Position numbers and translations under genes: made by a program | Assembly: GCA_050084985.1 (NCBI GenBank) | Contig: JBITNC010000001.1 | Coordinates: 48,732,001 to 48,796,000, forward strand | Direction: 5' to 3' | Origin: Nageia nagi | Lineage: Eukaryota; Plantae; Pinophyta | Length of the DNA: 64,000 bases | Shown here: positions 33,916 to 46,923 of the stretch, piece by piece | Layout of the letters: every line of letters starts with the position of its first letter | Position numbering within the stretch: the first letter of the stretch is position 1 | Notes under the pieces: generated by a model | Seen by the model: only the letters and a program-made list of their open reading frames with translations | Databases searched by the model: none | Told to the model about the DNA's origin: nothing

Positions 33916-36900
33916 ATGGGAGAATCTTTTTACCCAAACACATTCTTAATGGTTCCAACTATGGGATTTGGGAACCATGGATGAAAGCTAAATTACAAGT
34001 AAGGAAGCTTTGGCAAATAGTGAATGAGAACCTTGTACCTCCTACAGATGAGAAGGCACTAGAGGCTTACAACATAAAGAATGAGTTGGTAACCTCCATG
34101 ATTTATCATGTAATTTTAGATGATGTGCTTCTGGTGATTTCCTCTTCAATCTTGATAAAGGAAGCTAAGGATAAGCTTAAACAAATCTACCTTAGTTCAA
34201 CCTTTTTAAGAATATTTGCCATTCTCTAAAAGTTGCTTCAATCTCGTCAAGGGAAAAATGAAAATATGGCTATCTACTTAAATAAAATCATTGATCTAAG
34301 GACCCAACTTGTTACTTGTGGATGCAATTGGATCAATAATGAGTTCATGGTCTTCATCATTCTTCAAAGCCTCTCTTCAAAGCTTGAAAATTTTATGACA
34401 GTTATGAAAAGAAAACTTGATGATGAAAAAGAAGTCTTCTCCCTTGAGAACCTTTCAAGGCACCTATTGAAGCATGAGGAAACCCTTAACAATAAAGAGT
34501 TGATTTTTTCTCCTAATGATAATAACGTTGCTCTTGGAGCAACCAAAACTCTTTTCAAGAAGTTCAACTATCAAAAAAAAATCTTATCCTTCTTCCTCTA
34601 AAAGGTTTGATAAAAGAGGAAATGGCTACAACAGTAACAACAACAGGAACAACAAAAACAACAACCATAGCAGCAAGAATAATGAAAATAACAATCATTT
34701 CAAGCAAAGAGATGGAAAAGATAAAGCAAACACTCCTTATCCTAAGAAAAAGTTTGATGGTAATTGTAACTATTATGGCATTCAAGGTCACAAAGAAATT
34801 GATTGCTACAAAAAGAAAAGAGAGGAAAAGAACAAAGGTAATGGAAATGTAAAGAACTATAAAGTAAAGAAAAATATTTATGCTGGTTTTACTACAGTGC
34901 TCTACTTCTTGTCTCGCTCTTTTTCATCTGAATGGATTGTTGACTTTGATTGCACTAATCACCTATGCTTTGAAAAAGAAAAATTTAGAAACTTTCATAA
35001 GTATAAAAAGGATGCGATTGTATAGGTGATAACTCTACCCTTGAAGTCCAAGGAATTGGGAGTGTGCTGATTCATGGAAAGGTTCTTAAAAATATTCTTT
35101 ATGTTCCTAAGTTAAGGATGAACTTTCTCTCTATGATCCAAGTTGTTAGAAAAGGGTACTCTTTTGAGTTTGACTCTTAATCCTGGTGCATTAAGAAAGA
35201 ACTTACCACTTTGGTTAAAGGATCTGTGAAAGATAACCTCTACATTATGGATCAAGTTCCATCAAAGATGTGTCTTACTTCTAGTGTGTGTTATAAAGAA
35301 AATCATTGACACCATCATTTGAGCACTATAACCATAAGAGTATTCAAGTCATAAAAGACCAAGAACTTGTCAAAGGTTTGCCTTCAATTTCTCCTTCAGT
35401 TGATCTATGCGAGAAGTGCATTCTTGGCAAGATGCATAGATAAAAATTTGAAAAAGATAAGGCAACAAGAGCATTTCAACCTTTTCAACTTATGCATTCA
35501 GATTTGATGGGTCCATTTTAGACTAAATTGCTTAAAGGAGCATCTTACATCTTGACCTTCACTGATGACTTTAGTAGGATGACCTTTAGGTATCTATTTG
35601 AGCACAAAGATCAAAACTTTGAGAGCTTTAAGGTTTTTAAGGCCTTTGTTGAGAATCAAACTAACCTTAAAATCAAAATGTTGAGATGAAATAATGGAGA
35701 AGAATATAACAATAATGAGTTCAATGACTATTATGCTAAGTATGGAATCAAGAGGTAGTTTACGATTCCATACACTCCTTAGTAGAATGGTGTTACTAAA
35801 AAGAAAAATAGAACAATTATGGAGATGGCTAGATGCATGTTGAGTAATCTTCTTAAATTCTTATGGGATGAAGCTATGAGAACTGCTATTTACAACTTGA
35901 ATAGGTGTCCCACAAAATCCGTTTAGAGTAAAACTCCTTTTGAGGCATGGTTCAAAAGAAAACCTAACATTTTTCACCTTAGGGTGTTTGGTTGTGAAGC
36001 ATTCTCCTACATTATTTTTGAGAAAAGGAAGAAGTTGGACAAAAGAGTTGAAAAATGCATCTTTATGGGTTATGATAGTCAGCATAGAGGCTACAAGCTC
36101 TACTCTCCAACTTATAAAGCAGTGTTCATTTCAAAGGATGTGAAGTTCAATGAAATTTCTAAAGAATCTACTTCTAATGAGGATGTTGATGATCTAAAAG
36201 ACTCTTCAGTTGCTCCTATCTAGTTGGATATTGATGTAGACAAGTCACCTCAAGAGTAAAATTCTCCAACATAAAGGGTAACAAAGATCTTGACCTTTAA
36301 CAAATCCTTAATTACCAAGATTGACAACAAGCATGAGCCCTCAACCTTCAAAGAAGATTCTAAGCATGAGTGCTAGATGGAAGCCATAAAAGTGGAGTAT
36401 GAAATGCTTATGAAAATAAAACTTGGGACTTGGTTCCTTATCCCAATGAAAAGAATGTGATTGGCAATAAGTGGATCTACAAGGTCAAGTTTAATTCAAT
36501 TGGAGATATTGAGAAATATAAGGCAAGGTTAGTAGCTAAAGGTTTTGCTTAGAAATACAATGTAGATTATGAAGAAACTTTTGCTCCTATGGCAAAGATG
36601 CCTATTATGAGAGTTATTCTTGCTCTTTCTACTGCTCAAGGATGAAAAGTTTTTCAACTTGATGTCAAGAGTGCATTTCTCAATGGTGACTTAGATGTGA
36701 AAATATTCATAAATAAACCAGAGGGTTTATTATGTAAGGTAAAGAGTTATTTGTGTGCAAGCTAAAGAAGTCATTGTATGGACTTAAGCAAGCACCTCGA
36801 GCTTGGTACAAAAAGATTTTAGTGTACTTTACTGATATTGGTTTCTCCAAGTATTTTTCTAACTCTGATCTATATGTGCTCAATCAAGGAAAAGATATGG

Positions 36901-37870
36901 TATTAATTCTTTTTTATGTGGATGATATTTTGATTTCTAAGAATAATGATGAAATCATTCAAAAGTGCATATCTAAACTTAAGGTAATGTTTGAAATGAC
37001 TGATCTTGATCTCTTGCATTACTATCTTAGAATGTAAGTGTATCAATACAAGGATTGTACTTACCTTAGTTAATCTAAGTATATATCATACATCTTGCAA
37101 AAGTTTGGAATGAAGGAGTGTAGATTTGATGCAATACTAGTCTCTCCTAGAATCACTATTTCTCTAAGCTCCCATTTTTAGTTAGCTGATGCTACAACTT
37201 TCAGGTAATTAATTGGTAGTATTTTGTATTTGACTATATCTAGGTTAGACATTACCTTTGTAGTGAATCTGATGGCATGATTCAAACAAAAACCTTATGT
37301 TGAGCACCTCAATGTTAAGAAAATCTTGAGGTGTGTTGTAGAGACTAAGGATCTTGCTCTCAAGTATTCCAAGTTGCCCTCATTTCTTCTCTTTGGATTC
37401 TTAGATTCTGACTATGGAGGAGATAGAGATGATAAGAAGTTAACTTCTATATGTGTTTAGCATTATTTCAGTTGCTATCTCTTGGGTTTCTAAGAAGCAA
37501 CCTACTATTTCTCTTTCCACCATAGAAGCTAAATACCGTGCCATGTCTGATGTAGCCTAGGAAGCCATTTTGCTAAGGCATCTTCTAAAAGAAATTGGGT
37601 ATGAGCAAAGTGGCTCATCTTTGATTTTTTCAGATAATTAGTTGGCTATTTCTTTGGTTAAGAATCCTATGTTCCATCAAAGAATAAAACATGTAGAAAT
37701 CCATGCCCATTTTATCAAGGAGAAGGTTCTTGATGGCATCATACACCTAGAGTATTATCCATCCACCTTGAATCTACTGATGTTTTCACCACCTTCCAAA
37801 AGCTTAGTTCTATAAGCTTAGGGATGCTATCGACTTGGTGAAGTTGCCCTTAAGGGGGAGTGAAGTTTGA
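33916..37870 (+). pseudogene. Copia A gag-pol pseudogene (gag, zinc knuckle, protease, integrase, RT, RNase H)
   Basis: LNGSNYGIW; CNYYGIQGHKEIDC; WIVDFDCTNH; FTDDFSR; KCIFMGY; KARLVAKGF; LDVKSAFLNG; KSLYGLKQAPRAW; FYVDD; KHVEIHAHF. Many stops and frameshifts. Confidence 0.93.
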
Positions 37871-38004
37871 ATTTTTTGTTGAATTCATGTTTGTGATGAC
37901 AACTTCACCTCTAGGAGGATTTTATGCTATATAGTGTTGATTTTATTGTAAACCTTCATGGTAAGTTCACTCTACTTGAAGAACTTGTATAAATTGACCA
38001 ATCT

Positions 38005-38212
38005 TGCACTTTTTAGTTATCCATGTGTGAGAAAATCTTATGTGTCTTTTTAGCACTATTCAGTTATCCATATGTGAGGAACTCGTATGTGCATACTCTA
38101 TTTTTGGTCAATCTAGCACTGTTTAGTTATCCATGTGTGAGGAACTCTTATGTGTATTTTGGCACTGTTCAGTTATCCATATCTGAGAAACTCATATGTG
38201 CATGCTCTATTT
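38005..38212. repeat. Four ~50-bp tandem repeats in the Copia A 3' non-coding region
   Basis: gcact-tt-agttatccat-tgtgag-aa-tc-tatgtg x4. Confidence 0.85.
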
Positions 38213-39195
38213 TGTAATGATAATCAATACATGTTTTATATACAATAGGTGATTATAAGTTTTTGGCATAGCATCTTCGTGATGACTTGTAGTGAACCAT
38301 TAATCAGTTCATGATGGTGTTTATGTGATTCGTCTATCCTTGTTGATATGAATATGATGCATCTAACTGATCTTGTTATTTGAGCTACTTATGATTTGCA
38401 AGTTCCTTGAGATTGCAAGTTCTTTGAGATTGCAAGTTACTTACCTCAGGTATGTAGCTCTTGGAGACTCTTCATGACTTCCAGTTGAATGACTACTTCA
38501 TGTACATTGAAATTGATTGTGGTTAATGATTGTATTTAGAAAAGTAGTGAGTCTCAAATTAGATCTTTTTTACTTCATAAATATGTAAAAAGTTCTCATC
38601 TCCATTGTATCTATTTGGAGGAGAACTCTCTTCCTTTCACTTCCTCTCTCTATTCTAATATTGCATTAAGGGGGAGTGTTGGAATGTATAATGCATTATT
38701 GTAAAGGTTTGTATAAAATATTCTATGTAAGTTCACTAATACTTAAGGGTATCATTTAATACCTTAAGTATTTAAGTGAATATGATAATATAACTTATCC
38801 TACACTCCATGTCATGAGCATGCCCCTTGGGTAAAACGATATGCATGTCATGCTTTTGTACATTGGATAAAAGGGTGATCCAAAGAGGGATTTTGGCTTA
38901 TAAATAGAAGGCTTCCTCTTTGTGATCACACACCAATTATGGAGTAAAGTTATGCTATAGGATAAAAATGTAGGAGTTGAGACTAGGAGGATTTTAAGAG
39001 AGTTGTATTTGTGATTGAAGTAAAGATCTAGTTAGTGGATGTACTCCTAGTTGGAGGAACAACTTACATCTTATGTTGTGAGATTGCTTTGTGAGTTTGT
39101 TTGATGTAATTGTGAGCTTTCATGTGACCTTGGTTGATTAGGAATTATCTTGTTAGTGTTAGTTCCTTCATGGAGGGGACTAATGAAAAAGTTTT

Positions 39196-42100
39196 AATGT
39201 TGGATTTGGAGTGATATTTTCATTTCTTAACATCTATTTCAGCTCTTCAACTGGGTCGTTGGGCTTGTGGAATATTTTTGCATAGTTGAAGTACCATTTT
39301 GCTTCATGATCAAGTCATTGGAATACTAGAGACATCTACTTGCATTATTATAATAATTACTCATCATAACTAGTCATTGGATTTGAAGGTATTTTCTGCA
39401 AGTTTGATTTCGTATTTTTCATTCCTAGCAAGTCATTAGATATTTGGTATATGTTTGAGCTCGTTTTGACTAGTTTGGAAGCTAGAAATTGAACATCCCT
39501 CTCCTAGGGTACATTTGAGGAGTGATCCTTAGAATGGATCATCATAATGGTATCTAAGCCTTTATTCTGCCATCCTTTTGGAATCAAGGATATCATTCAC
39601 AGAGGGTTTCGAGTTGGAGCTAAAGAAGAGTTTAAAGATTTGGGATACCCACATCATAATGGTATCACACATGAAAGATTTTCTAAGAGAAGTTGGAGAT
39701 ATTGCCCTTTCTACTTGGTAGGAGTTGAGGAGTTGTTGCTAAAGGTGATTGATGAAGGAGTTAGAGAAGCTAAAAGAGACTCATTATGATATTTTGTTGG
39801 ATCATAGTGCTCACAATGATATTTACAAAAAGTTCTTACTATACTATTGAAGAGTGAAGTTGACCTAGAATCATAGTGGTCATTTTGAAGGATTTTTCAA
39901 AGAATCTAAATGTTTGGAGCAAGATGTTAGGGATCTATGAGCCCTATTTCATCATTCTGGTAAGTTGTTAGGCATCTTTTGACCCTACTTTTGAATTTTA
40001 AAGCATTGAAGAGGTTCATTTATCTTGAAAAGGTACACTTTTAATTTTTTTTTTTGCATTTTATTTTTAAGTTAACATTCATTCTCAATTTATTCTAAGT
40101 TTAAGGGAGGAAAAATGTTTTTTTTTGGAGAGTTTGAGATCATTTAGAGCTAGATGTTGGCATTTTGGGTCAACTTGAAGGAAATGTTGGTATTTTGGGA
40201 GCCATTTTGAGGCTCATTCATTATTTTGAGGCATTCATAAGGAGGATGTTGGTATTTTGAGGAGATTTTTATGCATAAAGTTGCATTTTAGACCCAACTA
40301 AAGTTAGATGTTACATTTTTGAGGGCATTTTTATGGCTTAAGTTGCAGTCTGGGATCATATGAGGCTAAACATTACATTTTTGGGTCACCTGAAGTGAGA
40401 TGTTGCACTATTGAAAGCATTTTTGAGCTTCATTCTAAATTTTGAGCTCTCAAGGAGACATACATTGGTGTTTTGAGTGCTTTTCAGAGGTTCATCATGC
40501 ATTTTGAGTCCACCTAAAGGAAGATGTTGGTATCTTGGAGGAGTTTTAAGGTTTATTATGCTTTTTGAGACCACCTGAGGCTAGATGTTGGCATATTAAA
40601 GCTATTTTAGAGGATTTTTTTTATATTTTGAGGGTCCCCTAAGCTAGACGTTAGTAGTTTCAGGGTATTTATGAATATTGATTTGCATTATGGAGCAATC
40701 CTAAAGTTAATCTTGGCATACTAAGGAAGATTTTGAATTTTGAGCTACATTTTGGGATCATCTTGGAGCAAACATGGCATACTAAGGGTTATTTTGAAGA
40801 TAATTTAGCATTTTGAGTCCATTTTGCGCTAAACATTAGAAGTTTGGTGGAGTTTTTAAACTTGTTGTGGAATTTAGGAGCCTTTAGAGATCAAACATTA
40901 AGCTATTAGAGGATTTTACAAAACCTTTACTGCATTTTGGAGACACTTGAAGTGGGACATTGGCTCATTGAGGTCAACTAGGAGTTGAGATTGCATCATA
41001 AGCAACAATACTTGTAAGTATTAATTAATTTTCATCATGGAATGTAAGTATTGATAATTTTCAGGGCCGTTGGACATACTGGCCATTATTTTTTAGCAAA
41101 TTTGGAGTTATAATTCATTGCAAGGAGGTTGTTGAAAAATACAAGAGTCAATTTGCTAATACTGACTAAATTTCAGAGTGGTATCTGCACCATGGGGGCT
41201 TGAGGAGGAGACATTGAAGAATTTTTGCTATTGTATCTGAAATTAGAGGGTGGAAGTGAGATGCTAGGCATGTAGGAAGCTTTATTTATTGTGAGCTTCC
41301 ATAAATTCATTTCTTGAAGGTTTAATGAATAATATCTTAGCCAAAATTTGAAATTTAGAACTATTTGGCATCATTTAGCTTGTATTTATGGACATTCAAC
41401 TTCAAGAGGACACACCCCAATTCAGAGTTTATTCTTCAGGCCCATACCCCATAGGATCAAGATTTGATCAACTCATTCCATCATGGTAGGACTAAAATTC
41501 CAAGTTTGATAAATTTTAGTATTTCATATTTTAATTATTTTTAAGTAGGATAAATAAGGAGAAAAGGAAAAAATATTTTATTTTATGATTAGTGGATAAA
41601 GGTACAAATATTTGTTGTTTGAAAAATATCAAAATATTTTGAGGTTACTAGAAGTTTTATTTTGGCAAGTAAAAATTAAGTAAGAGTAAGCCTTACTTAG
41701 TACTATGGCCTGTTGGAGTAAAGAAGATGACTAGAAACTAAATAAGGTATTAAATTTATGTAGCCATATGATTTTTGGTATAAGGAAAGAGCCACCCAAG
41801 AAAAGAGTGATTATTAGTGACAAGACAAAGAAACTAGATAAACAACTAAGAAGATACGAAAATAGATCTGACAACTACAAGAAGGTAGTATATTTTAAAA
41901 CATTTTTAGATATCATAGGATAAGGAAACTTGATGGAGATTATGTCATAGAAACTCAAGATAAAGGATATATCAAAACCCCCAGAGAAACTTGATCGAAC
42001 CAAAGAAAAAGAGATACCTTTTGCTAGCTCATCTCTTCCTCCAAAGAGGAAGGAAGAAGAATTATATATTCTAATCAAGTGAGGTGACATGAACCCAACT

Positions 42101-44648
42101 GGGTGGGAAGATAATTTCATGGTCACCCAACTATAGGAACATGAGGGAATGAATAAACTAAATCATGCTCTTATATTGCTAGAAAAAGTAGAACATTTTG
42201 AGGGAACACTATCATATCCAAACCTAAAAATAATGATGGAAACTTTTTGTAGCACCAAAGAACTATAATTAAACATGGTTAGTGATAGGATGTATTTGGA
42301 ATAAGTCATTACCCAGATGGAAGGAAGTTGAGATGACACACAAGGAGGCTCTCTAAGTTACACATGAAGCATCTCCCTACCAAGTGGAGGAGATGCCAAC
42401 AAGTTGTAAAGAAGGCCCAATTCATCATAATGTGGGGCCAAACCAACCCACCAATTTTCCATTTGACATTGATGAAGAAGAAAATAAAATCACAAGTATA
42501 TTAACACATCAACATACATCAAATGGAAAAGAAGAATCATTAAGATAATCTACGTCATTGATCAAGGGGAGAGACTTTAAGATAGGAGAGCATGTGTATG
42601 TTAGCATGCAATCATATATGATTTCTTCCAACAATTGAAGGAGGAAAAAAAGCATGTCATGTACTACTATGGATCCTTTGAAATCTTGAATATTATAGGA
42701 AAGAATCACTATGAGATTTGATTACCTATCGACACTAAGATGAATAATGTATTCCATGAATCATGTTTAAGCGACTCACTGGAACTAGATATCCATATTT
42801 TGATAAAATTATCCCCAATTTATAGCAAGGGGAACTTATTGTGGATTCCTAAGAGAGTATTGGATGCTCATAAGAAATAACTCAAGAATCAAGATGCTGA
42901 TGAGGTACATGTTAAATGGAAAGGTCTACCGCTAGAAGAGGCAAGTTGAGAACATCCTAACATCCTCACCAAATGGAGGAACATGGGAAGAATATCCAAA
43001 GAGGCATTTATTAACATATTCAAAGAGTTTTTGAAGAAGTTGACTAGGGAAAACCAAAAATATAAAGATAAAGGTTATTAATCCTTGGACTTGCAATGAC
43101 AAAGAAAAAGAGGAGGACCAAGAGGACCATGTTACAACCACAGATGTTCTGAACTACTTGGGAAAAAGCAATTTAGGGAGGGAATACTTGTAATGTCCTC
43201 ATTTTTTATGTCTTTTCCCCATTTCACCTTGATAAATGGGAACATTAATTTAGGAGTATTTTTATCTATTTTAGTAGAATTTGCACAAAATATTATAAAT
43301 TCTACTTAGAGATTTAATAAAGCTCTAATTATGGAATAAATAGCCATTTATTTATTTATTTATTTTTATTTAGTTAATTTTTAAAATGCCAATAAATATT
43401 GTAATTGTAATTGTAATACAAAGGCAACTATATTTGTAAATGCAATATTAGTCTTCCTAAATAAGGCATTGCATATTTTAGCCTTAACGATTATAATATT
43501 GGCATTAAATGTATCTCTAGTCATTAGTTCTCCACTCTTCAAGGTAGAGCATCCCCCTAGGTGATTACATCTACTACAAGGTTATTTGGATCTCCAAGGA
43601 TGGACATCGCAGTATGGGAGCATGCACATGCCACTTGGTTGGTCCTCCTAGGCACATGGACCAATGAAAATGATAAAAAGGCACTTCAACATCATCCCCT
43701 CTTGAAATTTGGCATTTTTGGCCTTAGATGTGATTTCATCCATACTAAGGCTCCCCATCTTGGATGCTGCATACATGAGCACATAGATCATATCTCTCCA
43801 GCATCAAATCATTTCAATGCAAGATTAGAATATGATCACCCTAAATATAAAAGGAGAAATCATATCCATTACAAGAATGCTAAATTTTTTATTAAACCCC
43901 TTTATTTTGGATTAAGTGGAGACTCTATCTTTACCACTTATGGGGTGACCTGCATTTGAGGTATCGAGGGGATAAGAGGATACCCTTGAACTTACTCTAT
44001 CCATATTGAGAGGAATGCTGGTGGTTCCATCATAATTGCTATAAAGGATACCTAGTATTAGCTAACTACTTATAGGATTGGTGAGGCCCTGGATCCATCA
44101 CAGATAACCCCATTTGAGATAGTCTTGGTACAAACTCCTTAGGTTGATAAAAATATTGTAATTGCACTTTTGCCACTACTTTATCAATACAATTACATTA
44201 TATTATCAAAATATTGCTACTTATCTCTATATAATTTGACATTGGATTATGGAGTAGTTTTTGTATTACTTAAAATCTCATTTTGCTCCCTAAGTGCAAT
44301 GTTGGATCTAGAGTGATATTTTCATTGCTTAACATCTATTTCAACTCTTCAATTGAGTCATTGGGTTTGTGAAGAATTTTTGCATTGTTGAAGTACCATT
44401 TTGCTTCTTGATCAAGTCATTGGAATATTGGAGATATTTGCTTGCATTATTATCATAATTGCTCATCATAGCTAGTTGTTGGATTTGAAGGTATTTTTTG
44501 CAAGTTCGATTTTGTATTTTTCATTCGTAACAAGTCATTAGATATTTGGTGCGTGTTTGAGCTTTTTTTTATTATTTTGAAAGCTATAATTCAAACATAC
44601 CTCTCCTAGGGCACATTTGAGGAGTGATCCCTAGAATGGCTCATCACA
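39196..44648 (+). mobile_element. Gypsy C: non-autonomous chromoviral LTR element. Truncated 5' LTR 39196-39546, PBS 39548-39560, integrase GPY/F and chromodomain relic ~42560-42960, PPT ~43175-43184, 3' LTR 43189-44648
   Basis: 39196-39546 matches 44298-44648; PBS TGGTATCTAAGCC; RDFKIGEHVYV...YYGSFEILNIIGKNHYEI*LP...NVFHES; KRVLD...VHVKWKGLP.EEAS; AGGGAGGGAA PPT before TGTAATG. Confidence 0.8.
40130..40990. repeat. Degenerate tandem repeat array inside Gypsy C (gagctagatgttggcattttg-type units)
   Basis: Many recurrences of gatgttgg-attttg / gcattttgag motifs. Confidence 0.6.
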
Positions 44649-46923
44649 CCATCAACATTGTATTTGAGCCTACCTTCTTACCTTTTGGAAGCTCAACTAG
44701 CTTATGTGTATCATTCTTTTTAATGGAATGTATTTCTTCTTCCATTCCCTTCATGTACAATTTGTTAGTGCATGCTTGTTCATAATTTGAAGGTTCTAAA
44801 TTAGTAAATTATATCAAAGCATAGTTTGTAATATCTCTTCTTGGATCTCCATATTCACTATCACCATACATGTGCAAATCTTGAAGTTTTTCAAAAACTT
44901 TTTACATTTCTTTTGCTTATGATCTAGTGAATTTTTATGAATTTTTTTATCCAACATTTTATGAGAGGGGTAATTTTGAATATTTCTTTTACCTTTTGTT
45001 GGATTTGGTGTGCTACTCCATTCATCTTCATATTATGGACATGAAGGTGGTATTTATGAAGAAGAACTCTTTTTTGGGCTTGGAGGAATCACTTCATTGC
45101 TTGCTTTCTCATTTGCTTGCACTTGGGAGCATATATTTGATTGGATGGGATGAACACTACTATTAATAGAATCACCATCAACGTAGAGTTTTTGATAACC
45201 CCATGCTCCTCCTTCATAAAAAATAACATCTCTTGAGATATGAAATTTGTGTATCTTTAGATTGTAGAGTATATAAGCCTTGGTATCTTCAAAATACCTT
45301 GTAAATATGCATGCTTCACTTTTTAGATCCAAATTTATTCTCACTTGATCTTCCTCTTTCACTTCCTTGAGATCCACATCTTCTTCCTCTTCCTCTACCT
45401 CTTGGAGATCTTCCACTTCCTCTATTTTGGCCTTGGCCTCTTCCTTTCCCACTAGTGCTTGATTCATCCTCTTTGGATGAAAATGCTTTTTCTTCCATTC
45501 CCCTAATATTTGAATTTGAAGAAACTCTCTCCTCATGAGAGACTAATGAACCAATTATTTGTTCAAAACCAATTACAGAGAGATATTTTTTCTCTTCAAG
45601 AATGAAAACTATTTGGTTCCATTTGGGAAAAAGTGTTCTCAACACATTTTTTACAATCACTTCATTTCAATTTTTTTATTTTATCAACACAATATTTTTC
45701 TCTTACATAATAGCCTCCAAAATTCTCATATTCTCTTATCTTTAAGGTATCAAACTCAATTTTAAAAGTTTATAACATCACTTGCTTGACTTCAGTGTTG
45801 CCTTGGAAGCCATCTTCTAGAGCTTTTTAAGCATCTTTAGTAGAATTGCAACTTACAATTCTTGGAAAGAGACTTTCATCTATAACATCTTACAAGAGGA
45901 ATATTGCTTGAATATTCTTATTCTAAGTATTCATCATAGTTTTCCTATTAGCTTGTTGAACTTGGCTTCAATTAGCTGGTTAAGTGTAACCTTATTCTAC
46001 AATTTCCTAGGTTCCTTTATTGATGAGTAAGTGCTTCATTATGATAGCCCAATACTCATAGTTATCTCCTTTAAACTATATAATTGAAAAATTATTATTT
46101 TTGTTTGTATTTTTCATCTCCAATCAATGCTTCTCTCAACAACATAAATTTGATCTTACTATGAGAGTATTTGATGAATCCATAAAAGAGTCCCCACATA
46201 ATTTTAGCCCAAGCAATCAACTTGGCTTTGATACCAGAATGAGAGAATGAAGAAAAATGATTGATTTTTATTGTAGTAGAAATGAATACAATATATAGAC
46301 CAAGAATATGTAACAAAATAATCGCCAAGGTGTACAAAACTACAAAATAATTGATTGAGAATAATACATTCCTCGAAAGCTTAAAAATGTGTAACTTATA
46401 CAACAATCATAGTATGCCAAAAACTTAATAACAATCCATGAAACTTATACCACCTATTCTACATACTACCAAAAATAAACCTATTAAATATTATGTTCTA
46501 ATATTCCTCCATCAAGTAGGAATAACCAAAACAAATATGATCTAGCTACATTCTGATTAATAACAAAATAATGTATAGAACACATTCATGATGGATGTAC
46601 TATGATTAGGATGTAATGCATGCAATTAGATGAAAATATGTTACGATCATTATTATGCACACCACATGAATAAGTCAAATTGATAATAAATAAGAACACT
46701 ACAACTACACACTAAAAAAATACATGATCAGATGAAGATGACTATAATCACCTCAAATCATCTACAGTCATACACAATCAAACAGATAGTTACCTCGGAT
46801 AGGTTTGCGATCTTATACTAGATGCATGCAAACTAATCTAGACATTTACAATCAACTATGTAAACTACAATCTAAAATTGAGAGAGATGATTTTGGAGTC
46901 ATTTTCAAGTCATAACTCCAAAA

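Larger units (their letters stand above)
30928..39170 (+). mobile_element. Copia A: structurally complete but coding-dead Ty1/Copia element (8,243 bp)
   Basis: 494-bp LTRs (30928-31421, 38677-39170), about 27 differences by manual count (~94.5% identical); TSD TAGAG/TGGAG (4/5); PBS TGGTATCAAAGC at 31425-31436; PPT AAGGGGGAG at 38668-38676. Confidence 0.95.
30319..46923 (-). mobile_element. Copia B: old, internally deleted element hosting Copia A and Gypsy C. 3' LTR 30319-30907, PPT ~30908-30919, internal relic 44649-46239, PBS 46224-46236, 5' LTR 46240-46923
   Basis: Related but diverged LTRs; reverse-complement iMet PBS GGCTTTGATACCA; reverse-complement PPT TTATCCCCCTT. Minus-strand gag (VKNVLRTL.PKWN, LIGSLVSHEER-like, GRGRG) is fused to the integrase C-terminus (KAYILYN...ISRDVIF) and RT start (MEEEIHSIKKNDT..LVELPKGKK). 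Confidence 0.75.

Noticed and set aside
43561-43959. 132-aa ORF
   Set aside because: Lies inside the Gypsy C 3' LTR, starts with GTG and has no recognisable domain.
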